Shown here piece after piece: positions 22,535 to 35,740 of a stretch of DNA of 64,000 bases (its first letter is position 1; each line of letters begins with the position of its first letter). A program made the translations under genes and the position numbers. Below the pieces are notes generated by a model. It was not told the origin of the DNA, did not search any database, and saw only the letters and a list, made by a program, of their open reading frames with translations. Origin of the DNA: Octopus bimaculoides (lineage: Eukaryota); assembly GCF_001194135.2 (NCBI RefSeq), contig NC_068988.1, positions 16,008,006 through 16,072,005 of the forward strand. The letters run 5' to 3'.

Positions 22535-23040
22535 GACAAGGTCTCAGGAATCTGAGTTGAGATTCTTGCGGAATATAGGATGGTACTTTACAGCAGGTGG
22601 ACAATGCGAGTTTCATTTCCAATTTCTTTCACTCCTTAAGGTAACATTTTCGGTGTTTTGCCAAGTGCACCAATTACTACAGGAATAATTGGTGTCCTAG
22701 TTTACCACAGTCTCCTCAGCTAGATCGTGATATTTCTCAATTTTTTTTTCAATTTCTTTCGTATTGACCCTTCGTTGGGAATTGCAAAATCAATGATCTT
22801 ACCCAGGTCGTCTATCTTGTCTATTACAATCCTATCTAGCGTTCTGGCTTCAATAGTATGGCCTGTCTTTATGGGGAAGTCACACAACATCTTGTAATTC
22901 TCATTTTCTCTCACAGTTTCTAGTTAATGCTCCTACCACCTTTCTGTTGTTTTAAATTCACGCATTCACCTATCTCAAAACATTCTTTTGCCTACACAGT
23001 CATGTCTGCGCTCATACTCCTTTTGTGCTAGTATATTGTA
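22535..23040 (-). mobile_element. R4/Dong-type LINE 3' fragment (RLE endonuclease)
   Basis: ENENYKMLCDFPIKTGHTIEARTLDRIVIDK...KIIDFAIP...EKYHDL...IIPVVIGALG, with stops and frameshifts. Confidence 0.85.
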
Positions 23041-23074
23041 CTCATAGGAATGGTGAGTATTATTAGTATTATTA

Positions 23075-23394
23075 TTATTGTTCAGTGGTTTTATTTTTAT
23101 AACGTACTTTCACTTCACTACCGAGCGCAGCTCTGTGCGCCTTGGGTATGTGCTGTGGTTTGCTGTGGTGCTTTTATGTTTACTGTATTGAAAGTGTTTT
23201 GCGTAGAATGTGTGCAGTACCCAGTAGTGCAATTTTCTGTATGTTATATATATTTGTAAGTCCTGGTGTTTTTGTTATGTATTTGTCTGAATATTTTTTT
23301 TATTATACCTAAGGCACCTACTATGATAGGAATTGTTTCTGTTTTTAGATTCCACATTCGAGTTATCTCTGTTTCCAGGTCTTTATATTTTGAA
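23075..23394 (-). mobile_element. Dong/R4-type LINE 3' end, copy 1 (runs into N-gap)
   Basis: Near-identical to 23751-24060; ends in an (AAT)-type tail. Confidence 0.85.
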
Positions 23395-23750
23395 NNNNNN
23401 NNNNNNNNNNNNNNNNNNNNNNNNNNNNNNNNNNNNNNNNNNNNNNNNNNNNNNNNNNNNNNNNNNNNNNNNNNNNNNNNNNNNNNNNNNNNNNNNNNNN
23501 NNNNNNNNNNNNNNNNNNNNNNNNNNNNNNNNNNNNNNNNNNNNNNNNNNNNNNNNNNNNNNNNNNNNNNNNNNNNNNNNNNNNNNNNNNNNNNNNNNNN
23601 NNNNNNNNNNNNNNNNNNNNNNNNNNNNNNNNNNNNNNNNNNNNNNNNNNNNNNNNNNNNNNNNNNNNNNNNNNNNNNNNNNNNNNNNNNNNNNNNNNNN
23701 NNNNNNNNNNNNNNNNNNNNNNNNNNNNNNNNNNNNNNNNNNNNNNNNNN

Positions 23751-24083
23751 NGGTTTTATTTTTATAACGTACTTTCACTTCACTACCGAGCGCAGCTCTG
23801 TGCGCCTTGGGTATGTGCTGTGGTTTGCTGTGGTGCTTTTATGTTTACTGTATTGAAAGTGTTTTGCGTAGAATGTGTGCAGTACCCAGTAGTGCAATTT
23901 TCTGTATGTTATATATATTTGTAAGTCCTAGTGTTTTCGTTATGTATTTGTCTGAATATTTTTTTATTATACCTACTAAGGCACCTACTATGATAGGAAT
24001 TGTTTCTGTTTTTAGATTCCACATTCGAGTTATCTCTATTTCCAGGTCTTTGTATTTTGAAAGTCTTTCCATTTCTTTTAGAG
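23751..24083 (-). mobile_element. Dong/R4-type LINE 3' end, copy 2
   Basis: ORF ERLSKYKDLEIEITRMWNLKTETIPIIVGAL...IQKIALLGTAHILRKTLSIQ; 5' end abuts (AAT)n. Confidence 0.9.
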
Positions 24084-24134
<51 letters not shown>

Positions 24135-24400
24135 GTTATTATTATTACTGTTGTTGTTCATTTCCATCTTCTCCTTCTCCTCCTTCTCCTCCACCCCTCA
24201 TCCTCTTTCTCCTCCTCCTCTTCCTCCTCCTCATTATTATTATTATTATTATTATCAAAATAAGAGAATGAATCACCTTTAGCCGAAAGACTACTATTTG
24301 TGCTTGAAATCTTCATAGCTGATGAAATAGACTTTATTATCATTATTCTTTTACCGGATCTACCCGATTTATGTACACACATGCGGAGTAATAAATATAG

Positions 24401-24432
<32 letters not shown>

Positions 24433-24440
24433 CTGATGAT
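24084..24440. repeat. Compound trinucleotide repeats (TAT)n/(CTC/CTT)n/(GAT)n
   Basis: Directly visible. Confidence 0.9.
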
Positions 24441-24699
24441 GATGCTGTGGATGAAGATAAGATCAATGTGAATATCAATAATATTGATTTTTATTGTGGT
24501 GCAGTGTCACATATTTTTGCGAAGTGTAAAGTCAGTTAAACAGACAGCACTACTCAATCTGCATCTATTTTATTGATTGCAAAAACATGGAATGCTAAGT
24601 TGCTTTAAGCTGAATTTGGACTCAGAAATGTAAAATGTCGTAACAAATGACTAGGTTTGAAATACACACCCAGTGACTGCGTTTTGAATGCAGCCCATA

Positions 24700-24850
24700 C
24701 AAAAGCCGATACTGAGATAGCGGAGTCGATTCCAAAGAAATTGAAGAAATTGAGAAATATCACAATCACAGTCTATCCAAAGAACTGAGAATGTGAAAGA
24801 TCAAGACAATAGTTATTACTCCAGTAATTGGTGAACTTGACAAATAGTGA
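24700..24850 (+). mobile_element. Degenerate R4/Dong RLE fragment
   Basis: RVDSKEIEEIEKYH...ELRM*KIKTIVITPVIGELD. Confidence 0.6.
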
Positions 24851-26029
24851 GAGATTATATTTACATCGAATGTAATTGGTGGTCCATTATGAAACCCCAA
24901 CTTTGTTTTACTTGCTGAGTGAGAGGGAAGGGGCAGTGCCCCAGGTCTTCGGACACCATTCCCAGTTAATGAGAGTGATGCTTTAACTCCATCTCGAAGA
25001 CTTTTCAGTCAGCGCCTGCGGGTACGACATGAGCATAGAGTAAAATCCAGTGCAGACGGGAGTGGAGGGGGGGGGGGCTAGAATAGAGATTAGTGCAGGA
25101 CCCGAGGGGTCTGACTAAAACAAATGTTTAAAAAGCAAGATGTAAAAACAAAATACGAAAGAAAATCAATCAAAATAACCATAGAACAGGGAGAANNNNN
25201 NNNNNNNNNNNNNNNNNNNNNNNNNNNNNNNNNNNNNNNNNNNNNNNNNNNNNNNNNNNNNNNNNNNNNNNNNNNNNNNNNNNNNNNNNNNNNNNNNNNN
25301 NNNNNNNNNNNNNNNNNNNNNNNNNNNNNNNNNNNNNNNNNNNNNNNNNNNNNNNNNNNNNNNNNNNNNNNNNNNNNNNNNGAAAAGTGAAAACTATTTT
25401 CAGATTTTAAAGAAACCAACGAATATAAAGCAGAGGATGATGTAACAGGCGGTGGTGATGAGGTTGGGGGGAAACAACAACTTCGTGTATTGAATTGCTG
25501 TATATTATATTGAAAATAATATTATACTATGTGGTGGTAGACCATTAGCAAGAAAGATCTGTGCGTGGGCAGTGTTTGGTGATACTGGACAAAGTGGAAG
25601 TGAAAAACTGACCGTCAAAAATTTTTTCGCGGTAAAAATCCTAAACCGCCCTTTATAAGAATGTTTTTGGCTCTTTTATAAACGAAACAATAAAAATGTA
25701 ATTGTAGAATATGCTGCTGTTAGAAAGAAACAGTCACATTGTTATTTGGTGGGGCTTTTTTTCCTCGAAGGGTATAAATGCGCTTACATGACAGAACTGG
25801 GTTATTCGTACATTGATAACATTCTTACAGAAAAAGAAGTTGTGCGAACACACGCCAAAAAGCAGAATGACAACGTAACTATACACTGGGTAATGTTGCT
25901 TGAAATAGACGAGGAGATTAAAGCAATGCGTCCAAACATTGCCAAAGGCCAACGACAAAAGAATTATCTCCTAAGCCAGTCATTAAATGTAAGAGATGAC
26001 AAGATGCTTTTTCAAGAGCTAGGTAGTGT

Positions 26030-26175
26030 ATCCCAATCTGAAAATTTGAAAACTGAAATATGTAGAATGCGAGGATTGAAAACAGAAATAATCTTTGTAG
26101 GAATAGGAAAGATTAGAGAAAATACAGACAAATACCTATATAAAGAAAACAAACAAATCCCATGGCATACATAAA
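26030..26175 (+). mobile_element. Degenerate R4/Dong 3' fragment
   Basis: ENLKTEICRMRGLKTEIIFVGIGKIRENTDKY aligns with KDLEIEITRMWNLKTETIPIIVG at 23.9-24.0 kb. Confidence 0.55.
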
Positions 26176-26589
26176 TACGACAGATAAAAAAAAAAACTAT
26201 GTACATGTTATGTAGATTACTTTCAGTATCGTAGAAGATAACAAAAAAAAAAAACACCTACTATGCTTAAAGAACACTGGATGACCAATCAAAGCACAAA
26301 CAAAAAAGAGACTAAATGAACAACAATGATTTTATACGGTTTACTTTATTTGCCTTAAGTGAAGTACGAATATAAAATATACGTAACAGTATCAGTGACG
26401 AAACACTTATACCTGTACAAAGAAACCCATCAATTTGCAGAAAGATAATACAAAACATAACCTAAATTAGTACACACAAGTACACTTGGACAGAAACAAA
26501 CACATGCGCATAGATACACGCACACACAAGCCTAAGTACAGAAGTGCCTTCATTCTCATATCTCCGTAGACATAAAAAAATAAATACGA

Positions 26590-26628
<39 letters not shown>

Positions 26629-26740
26629 ATATATATATATATACATACATATATATTCGGTTGGTGCATTATTATTGAGGCCTTTTTCAACCCTTGTGGG
26701 TGCATTTGGTAGTCAGAAACTGAAAGAATTCCTTTGTATA

Positions 26741-27290
26741 TACAGCACGCGATGGGTAAATTGTAGCCATTTTATATGTTTAATTTCGCGCATGATCATT
26801 GCTTGTATTTGATTTTGTCGACTACACAGTAAAGTAGGAGCAGTTGGGCTCCATCTGCGAGAAAAACAGCACCATGACGCAATTCATTCTGCCAGAAAGT
26901 TTGAAACATGCTTTACTACTTGGCATTCGCACTGGAAACTCAACTCCAATACGAACATTTCAGAGTGTTTGGGTGTCAATCTGTTGGCTTGCCGTGTCCC
27001 CAAAACATGTACCTAGAGTAATAAAAATCAAACATCCTATCAACATCATGGTGTTTGGAGTGATCACTAGTGATGGCGACGTTATGCCTCCATTCATCTT
27101 CCCACATGGCCTCAGACTCAACACAGAAGCCTACATCAAATGCCTGGAGGGGATAGTGCTGCCTTGGGCTAAGAGGGTGACTGCTGGAAGACACTATGTC
27201 TGGCAAAAGGACTCTGCACCATGCCAAGCAGAAGAACCCAATCATGGCTGTCAGACAAATTCTGCGATCCCATCACCCCTAGCATTTGTA
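26741..27290 (+). mobile_element. Internally deleted maT/DD37D-type mariner, copy 1
   Basis: MTQFILPESLKHALLLGIR joined to WLAVSPKHVPRVIKIKHPINIMVFGVITSDG...YVWQKDSAPC; homologous to the 47.3 and 58.7 kb copies. Confidence 0.85.
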
Positions 27291-28329
27291 CAAGGTGCCA
27301 TGCAGCTGGAACCGGAACCGTGTGGCTGGAAGCAAGCTTATTGCCACACAGCCACATCAGAGAATATATAGGATTTCCCCCCAAATATGGGTTACAGTAT
27401 ATTAGGAATGTCAGAGTATCTCAAAACTCTAACGGTCCATTTTCATCGACCCAAATGACCTCTCAGGTTTGTGATCTCTTGGAAGGTAGTGTATGCTTAC
27501 CTCAATTACGTTATGACGCAGGTGTTCTCTTAAATGGTTAATATAAAAGAAAATCCTCACTTCCTACTGCTTGCTCTTAGCAAAGTAAATCGAAGACTAT
27601 AACGGAAGAATGAAACAAATAATAATCACTAGAAATATTACATGAAGTTTGCACATGGCTGCTATATGCAAAATACATTAGCGCCATGAAAATATGAGAG
27701 ATATGGAGAGAGAAAATTCTGATGGAATAGAAAATGTAAAGTTCGATGTATTAGGGAATATACGCGAAGTAATAACATATGTCATAAAAAGTCCAAGGAT
27801 AAGAAACTGAACGATTTAAAGAAAATGCACCAAAAAATAAAGCAAAAGTATCGACCACGCATAAAGATATAAGCAACAACAACAACAAACCAACGGTAGC
27901 AGCTGAATAGAATCCAGCTTACCTGAAACTCATGAGGCATTACTGCACAAGAGAAACGAACAAGCATGGAGCAAAAGATCCACAAAATGCAGAATGAAAA
28001 TAACTTATCACATGACTGATGACAACTGAATGGGCAAATCTTTAGAGCAAGGTAAAAACCAAACATAGAAAGAACAGATCGATACAACCTAAACTAGGAT
28101 AAACAGTAGTTGGAATACTCAGTCACAACAAAACTATTTTCTCTCGTACTTATACATTATAAATAGAATAAAGCACATATCACGTGAATCATACAAGATA
28201 AATAAATCATACAACGACGAAAATAAAGGAAGGGAAAACATTATCAGAACAAAATCAAATAAGATAGGTAAATAGGCATGTCTCAATCTAGGAATTTTCA
28301 AACCTCCATGGGAAATAATAGGCAATATA

Positions 28330-28860
28330 ATCAGGCTCTGCTAGATATTCGTTCTAGTGAAGCAAAACGGAGCTTGAATAAGTAAAATCATTCCGTTTTT
28401 TCAAGTAGTAACGAATGTGTCGATAGAAACACGGCATAACCATGGCAAAATAAATTTCTTCTCTTCTTTGGCCCTCAACTACTCATAGAAGAGCCGTCGT
28501 GACATACAGCACCTTGGTTATTTTGAATTCGGTGGAGCTCGTCCACATACCAGATCTGAATACAGCTAGTTACTTCCTGAGAAAAAAAAACAAAAAAAAC
28601 GAGGAAGAGCCAATGTGAAAAAGTGTGAGAGCGACATAGATAGTGAAACTGATTTTGGTGGCAGAGTTCATTATTTGCCGTTTATTTGCGTTAACCTGCA
28701 ATTTCTCTCCATTCTTGAATGTTTTAGTTTTGCTCTGCTTAATTATTTCACATCTCCCAATCAAAAATCTCATTTAGTGCATCACATGCCAACCATGCAA
28801 CGAAGATTATCTCGGTTAAACAGGATCAAAATTAATGCATTGGATTTGGATACATAAGCA
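28330..28860 (-). pseudogene. Possible fossil RTE LINE RT/C-terminal fragment
   Basis: Minus strand LQVNANKRQIM...FHIGSS and EFKITKVLYVTTALL resemble RTE GL.IN..KT.IM / F.YLGS / TK..VY...LLYG; heavily decayed. Confidence 0.3.
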
Positions 28861-28906
28861 AGAAATCAAAGATTCACTCTTTAAAATGTTTCCAAATGTT
28901 TCCTTT

Positions 28907-29072
28907 AGGCGCAGGAGTGGCTGTGTGGTAATTAGCTTGCTTACCAACCACATGGTTCCGGGTTCAGTCCCACTGCGTGGCATCTTGGGCGAGTGTCTTC
29001 TACTATAGCCTCGGGCCGACCAAAGCCTTGTGAGTGGATTTGGTAGAAGGAAACTGAAAGAAGCCCGTCGTA

Positions 29073-29113
<41 letters not shown>
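28907..29113 (+). mobile_element. tRNA-derived SINE family C (5' part, runs into (TA)n and gap)
   Basis: A box TGGCTGTGTGG and B box GGTTCAGTCC, then ttgggcgagtgtcttctac...gatttggtagaaggaaactgaaagaagcccgtcgtata. Confidence 0.85.
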
Positions 29114-29519
29114 NNNNNNNNNNNNNNNNNNNNNNNNNNNNNNNNNNNNNNNNNNNNNNNNNNNNNNNNNNNNNNNNNNNNNNNNNNNNNNNNNNNNNNN
29201 NNNNNNNNNNNNNNNNNNNNNNNNNNNNNNNNNNNNNNNNNNNNNNNNNNNNNNNNNNNNNNNNNNNNNNNNNNNNNNNNNNNNNNNNNNNNNNNNNNNN
29301 NNNNNNNNNNNNNNNNNNNNNNNNNNNNNNNNNNNNNNNNNNNNNNNNNNNNNNNNNNNNNNNNNNNNNNNNNNNNNNNNNNNNNNNNNNNNNNNNNNNN
29401 NNNNNNNNNNNNNNNNNNNNNNNNNNNNNNNNNNNNNNNNNNNNNNNNNNNNNNNNNNNNNNNNNNNNNNNNNNNNNNNNNNNNNNNNNNNNNNNNAAAG
29501 AAAGAAAGAAAGAAAAAAA

Positions 29520-30050
29520 TGAAAGGAAAAAAATTAAATATCCGTTGGTCTCAAATACCTTTAGGAACTGACTAACATGTGCGTTCCGGTTGGTGTTGGT
29601 CATCGCATCTTTTGTGTAAGCAGGTGATCTTGCTAGTGAAGGCCGATTTGTAATGAACAAAGAGGTCCTGGTAAGCTGATGTTCTGTAGAACATCGTGTC
29701 AGTTTTTCCCTCGTCCGCGATGTTTAGCTGAAAATCAAGCAGGGGGGGGGGGACATCACTGTTTGGGTGTTTGATAGTGAAGCTAGCATTGGTCCAAATT
29801 GTTGAAATTCTCTAGTATAGTGAAGGTATCTTCATAGAATGGGGTGAGCATGAGGGTGTCATCCATATACCTGGTAAAAATGGCGTATGAGTGGCAGGTA
29901 GGGACCGATGTTGCAATATTGTAAATCAGAGCCTTTGAACTAGACGTTTAAGGAGAATGTGGTAGACATTTACATATGCTGTTAATCTGAATGAACAGGT
30001 TCTCGACCACCTTTTGGAGGGAAACTCCGGCCCCTCCGGTTAAGAACCAA
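29520..30050 (-). mobile_element. Penelope-like RT fragment (Penelope/Poseidon-like)
   Basis: Minus strand FTRYMDDTLML...FTIKHPNS...LLDFQLNI...TMFYRT...FVHYKS...FLKVFETNGY. Confidence 0.8.
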
Positions 30051-30112
30051 GTTTCTGAAGACAAGAGCTGTTAGATTAATCGGGAACTTCACAAAACGCT
30101 TGAAGCCTAAGA

Positions 30113-30297
30113 CTGCAAGCTGGCAGAATCGTTACTTCACCTGAAAAGCTTCTTAGTGACATTTCTTTCGACTTCACATTCTGGGTTCGACTTTGCTTTT
30201 CCTCTTTTCGTCGTACCAGTTGAGTACTGGGGTCGATGTGTTTGACATGCATTCTTCCCTACAATTGCTGGCCTTGAGCCAAAATTTGAAAACAATA
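30113..30297 (+). mobile_element. Degenerate SINE family A, tail type 2
   Basis: gctggcagaatcgtta...gtcgatgtg...ggccttgagccaaaatttgaaaac. Confidence 0.75.
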
Positions 30298-30366
30298 TTA
30301 CAGCTGGTACTGCAGAGAAAACAAAAATGTTACTGAATGCAGACAAAAACTGGCAGAAGAAATTGA

Positions 30367-30600
30367 AATTAACGTGCAAGTGGCTGAGTACTACACAGAC
30401 ACGTTTACCCTCAACGTAGTTCTCAGGGAGATTCGGCGTGACACAGAATGTGAAAATGGTGACTCTTTGAATTTATATGTACGCCTCATTTTTGCAAGCT
30501 GAGCGAACTGGACCAACGCGAAATAAAGTGTCTTGCCGAAGGATCTAACTCGTCGCCAGGAATCGTACTCACGACCATATGATCTTTCGCGCACCTTCAC
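30367..30600 (-). mobile_element. SINE family B2 (CORE-like middle)
   Basis: tRNA-like head, middle caagacactttatttcgcgttggtccagttcgctcagcttgcaaaaatgagg, and the family-B tail. Confidence 0.8.
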
Positions 30601-30689
30601 ACGGGAATATATATAAATTGCTTGTGAGTGCATTCAGTTATTTCCAATAGCAGGAAATAAAAGCATACGCTGCATATATAAATAAGGAT

Positions 30690-31722
30690 TATCTCTCTCT
30701 CACTCTCTCTCCCTCCCTTATTCTCTCTCTCTCCCTTATTCTCTCTCTCTCTCCCTTATTCTCTCCCTCCCTTATTCTCTCTCTCTCCCTCCCTCATTCT
30801 CTCTCTATCCCTTATTCTCTCTCTCNNNNNNNNNNNNNNNNNNNNNNNNNNNNNNNNNNNNNNNNNNNNNNNNNNNNNNNNNNNNNNNNNNNNNNNNNNN
30901 NNNNNNNNNNNNNNNNNNNNNNNNNNNNNNNNNNNNNNNNNNNNNNNNNNNNNNNNNNNNNNNNNNNNNNNNNNNNNNNNNNNNNNNNNNNNNNNNNNNN
31001 NNNNNNNNNNNNNNNNNNNNNNNNNNNNNNNNNNNNNNNNNNNNNNNNNNNNNNNNNNNNNNNNNNNNNNNNNNNNNNNNNNNNNNNNNNNNNNNNNNNN
31101 NNNNNNNNNNNNNNNNNNNNNNNNNNNNNNNNNNNNNNNNNNNNNNNNNNNNNNNNNNNNNNNNNNNNNNNNNNNNNNNNNNNNNNNNNNNNNNNNNNNN
31201 NNNNNNNNNNNNNNNNNNNNNNNNNNNNNNNNNNNNNNNNNNNNNNNNNNNNNNNNNNNNNNNNNNNNNNNNNNNNNNNNNNNNNNNNNNNNNNNNNNNN
31301 NNNNNNNNNNNNNNNNNNNNNNNNNNNNNNNNNNNNNNNNNNNNNNNNNNNNNNNNNNNNNNNNNNNNNNNNNNNNNNNNNNNNNNNNNNNNNNNNNNNN
31401 NNNNNNNNNNNNNNNNNNNNNNNNNNNNNNNNNNNNNNNNNNNNNNNNNNNNNNNNNNNNNNNNNNNNNNNNNNNNNNNNNNNNNNNNNNNNNNNNNNNN
31501 NNNNNNNNNNNNNNNNNNNNNNNNNNNNNNNNNNNNNNNNNNNNNNNNNNNNNNNNNNNNNNNNNNNNNNNNNNNNNNNNNNNNNNNNNNNNNNNNNNNN
31601 NNNNNNNNNNNNNNNNNNNTCTCTCTCTCTCTCTCCCTCCCTTGTTCTCTCTCTCTCTCTCCCTCCCTTGTTCTCTCTCTCTCTCTCTCCCTCCCTTCTT
31701 CTCTCTCTCTCTCTCTCTCTCT
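30690..31722. repeat. CT-rich tandem repeat (TTATTCTCTCTCCCTCCC-like) spanning an N-gap
   Basis: Visible on both sides of the gap. Confidence 0.85.
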
Positions 31723-33199
31723 GAAGTACCTTCTCACAAAGGCTTCATCAGCGAAGCAGTGACTTTGTCAGCTTGAAATTACTTATTTAGAGTAAGAAAA
31801 TAAATAATCACAAGGATTCTTTTGAACAACAAAAGTCAAAACTAATGGCAAGAATAGAAAATTCTTTAATGATAACTACTTACGAAGAGACCGTGTAATC
31901 ATTATATCTTATTTTTGATCATTTATTGTATTTTATAAAGTTCTTGATTATTTGGTTATGTTTTTCTTCAGACAGTTAAACATCCTTTCGTTCATTTGTT
32001 TCGTTCTGAATCAATATATTTACACGTTATATTTGACAGGTGGATGTTAAGCACACAGAAGAAGGCGTGGTTATCTGCCCGTAAAAAGTAATGATGATAA
32101 CACTGATGATAAATAATGATAGGTTTTCAATCTTAAGTCGAAAATCGTTTTGAATAAGTAGAACGATGTATATCTATTTGGACACCCCCGACACACACAT
32201 GCTAATGGGTAGAGTGATAAATATAGCAAATATGGAGTAAATAAGGTTTATTTTAAAGTTTAGTACACTTTTTAATATGCAATATGATTACAAAGAAAAC
32301 GAGTTATTTTATGGAAAAATGTATCATTCCAAATTCTCTAGGAAGCTGCAAACAAATATGAAAGGTGACTGTGATAAAAGAGATTTTTTTTATAAAGCGT
32401 TGTATTGAATCAGCTATTCACCGTCCTATATAGTGATAAGGTTATTAGCTGACAATAGAAGTGATGCTTCAGTTGATACTGGTCATGATGAGGATGATGT
32501 TGAGCATGATATCTTATATTGGTACAAGGCAACATCTTTGAAGGAGAGATTTATAGTCGACTGAATATACCGACAGTACATTAGTCATAGTTTTTTTTTT
32601 ATATCGATCCTGGAGATATGAAAGGTCAAGTTGACCCAAGTCAGATTTGAATTCACACAACTCTTATTCTACACAGCTGCAACAGCTGCCACGCATTTAT
32701 TCTCCACAAATCACACACCACGTACTATACATAATAACTGGCAAACAACAAAACGCAAAACATCTGTCACACAACGTATACGAAATATATTCATCAGCCA
32801 ATAAAATAACAAAACAGACATACATATTCGACGTAACAGGGGAAACACACACAAATAACATCAGAAACAACAAACAAGATTCCATAGCAAAGAAAGTCGG
32901 CCTGTAATATGCTAACGCGTGTCTACACCTTCGAAAACGCGGTACTGCACATACCATAGAGACACTGAAGGGCACAAATAAAATGAGATTACATAAAAAA
33001 GTATCAAGAGAAACTATAAATAAAAGAAATATTCAAAAGAAAGAAAAATTCCCGCAGAGGAGGTTAGGTTACACGTAAAAATCTCACAAAAAGAACAGTT
33101 ATCTTGACCCCTAAAGCAAGCACATTCCATAAACTGTTTCCTTCCAATCTACAAGCGCAGGCTCAGTACAGACTGCTCACTGCGACCATGCTTGTCACT

Positions 33200-33800
33200 C
33201 ACATCTGTGTTTAAATGAATTTATTGTGAGGGGCAGTACTTCCCTCTCACATTTTCATGTTCATGCGGAATTTGAAAAGTTGAGGAGAGGTTAGCTAAAG
33301 AGAAAATGTCTGTCTTCAGTCCCTTTAGTGTCGTCCACAATGTAACCTCTTTCCCCAACGCCACCAGAGAGATATAGAATATTTGCTCTTCCTGTCCTAT
33401 GGAAGGCGGCGGAACTATCATTAAAATGGGCACAGTTGATACACAGATCCGCTTTCCTCACGATCACCTTCTGCAAACTGGGCCTTACAAATTTTCCAGT
33501 GAGCATCTTGGTGGCTCTTTACAGAGCTATGAAAATCTTAAATCTGCAGTGTAGTGATACATTAGTTGCAGATAATCCATTGTTGTGACTTTCAGAAACA
33601 CTTTTCCTTCCAGAGTCACCTAGAATCGGCCCCAATAACTCCCTCAAATGCACACTATTCATTTGCTTTCTCCTAGATTTATCAATACATCAGATAGACA
33701 ATAGTTATCCTTTCATGTTATCTTCAAATCCAGCTTTCATCGATGTTGAACGCATCCTCTTTGCATTGAGCCCGAGCAAATACATTTTTGTGACTCTTTT
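33200..33800 (-). pseudogene. Fossil LINE fragment, probably R4/Dong-type
   Basis: Shares gcgttcaayatcgatgaaarctggayttgaagataacaygaaag with 36064-36110; HWKICK resembles the RLE-LINE HW.LC motif. Confidence 0.4.
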
Positions 33801-35504
33801 TCGTTTTCTTAATACACCCCTATATTTTCAGTAGCTTTCCTTCGAGCTCCATTTTCATCCTATCATAAAAAAGATATGATAGTAATACTGCTCAAGAGTT
33901 ATATGATGGCTCTGTGCTACAGGAAAAGAGCGCTAGACTTCATGATATCCTATCTCGTGGGCCTTTGTTTCAATTCTATTTTGGTTATGAGGGGACGAAT
34001 CATGACCGAAAATTTAAGTTCATATAGTTTTCTATTTACTTGCTTCGACTCGGACTACCCTAGGAGCTGTGAGCGAACTAACAGAGCAACGTATGGGCTT
34101 ACTTCTGCCAACGCCAAACCTACTTTTTGTCCGTTTCTCATTTCCGTTTTTGCTCTCTGTCCTACACTGCCAATCTGATATATCTACCCATTGCTCTCAC
34201 ACCGGATCATAAAATCTGTTTCGTTTTAACATACGCCACTATTTTCTCCACGTTTCTAACTACTCTTCCTTTAATATAGAAATAAAATATCATTCACATC
34301 CATCTTTTTCATATAAATATTTGTTTTAGTGATACCTTTTCTTCGTGTTAAAGGTGGGGTAGGATACTACAAATGCAACCACCACAGGAAAACTAGTTTG
34401 GCGTCCTATATATTTGGTGCTCAGTGTAATGGACAATGTTTCCAAATAGTTTGCTACTCACGTTGTTGCCTGATGAAGCAAAACTATATTGACAAGCAAA
34501 TGTTGATGTGAAATAATCGGTGCCATATTAATTAAAAATTGGCAAGAATGCAATTTTCTAAATTCATTTACACTCGCAGGAGAAGCAGTCGAAGGTATTC
34601 TATACATCTTTGATATTTGCTACCTGCTGTGTTTATCAAATGATGTGCCAAACTGAATTGACTGGTTTCTCAAAGCCGCTTGTTACGATACAAAGTGTTA
34701 GTAACTAATTATTAATAATTAAAACTGTGCAGAGGTTTTTGTTGTAAAATGCAATTAGAAGACAAAGACAGAAACAAAACAAAACAACATATTTAATAGC
34801 TTCAAATTCATTATAAATTGCATACTTCTATGTCAAAGACCTTATAACTATCAGCAATGCAAAATCGAATTACATTGACAGGTGTGGTTCACATAAATCA
34901 TTTCTCTTTAGTTATGTTTCATAGAGGAAGGGCAGAATCCATAGTATTTAACATTCCTTTAGGCCTAGAGATAACGAAAATTGCATAAGGTTAATGCAGT
35001 TAATGTTTAGTTCGAATTATTGTATGTTAGAGGTTATACATAAAATATGGTGTAAAAGACACAAAAGAAACAAAGAGAAATTGATAGAAAGATAGTCAGG
35101 CAGAGAGAAAGGGAGAGAGACACAAAAGGAATGCTGGTGGAGGTTTCAGATTTCAAAACTTGCATTTCCGGTTGATTAGTTAATGGGTGTTAATTTTACA
35201 TCTCTTAATCATTAGATGCTTCTAGTTTACAGTAATCCTTTGGTATTTTCAATACGTTCAGGTACTCAAAACACCGGTTATAAGGATAGCAAAAACGATC
35301 ATAATGTTTTCTTTATATTTTTATTTTGTTTTATTAGTTTCGATTCAAGGATGGGAATTTTGGAAGGAGGGGATCAGTCAAATAAATCGCCTTCGGAATC
35401 AATGGCAACATTGATCTCGGCGGGGTTTTAAACTAATATCTGAAAATCTAAAGCCAAGTACGGTAGCATCCGATGCATTAGCGATTCTGCCAGTTCTACA
35501 ATAA

Positions 35505-35740
35505 CGATGATGATAGTAGTAGTAGTCGTAGTCGTAGCAGTAGTAGTAACAGCGGTAGCAGCAGCAGCAGCAGTAGTAGTAGTAATAGTAGTAGTCGTCG
35601 TCGTCTTCGTAGTCTTCGTCGTCGTCTTCGTCATCTTCGTCGTCGTCTTCGTCGTCTTCGTCGTCGTCGAAGTCGTAGTAGTAGTAGTAGTAACAGCAGT
35701 AGCAGCAGCAGCATTAGTAGTAGTAGTAGTAGTAGTAGTA
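35505..35740. repeat. Compound (GTA)/(GTC)/(GCA)/(TTC) trinucleotide array
   Basis: Directly visible; gives Thr/Lys-rich or Val-rich spurious ORFs. Confidence 0.9.
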
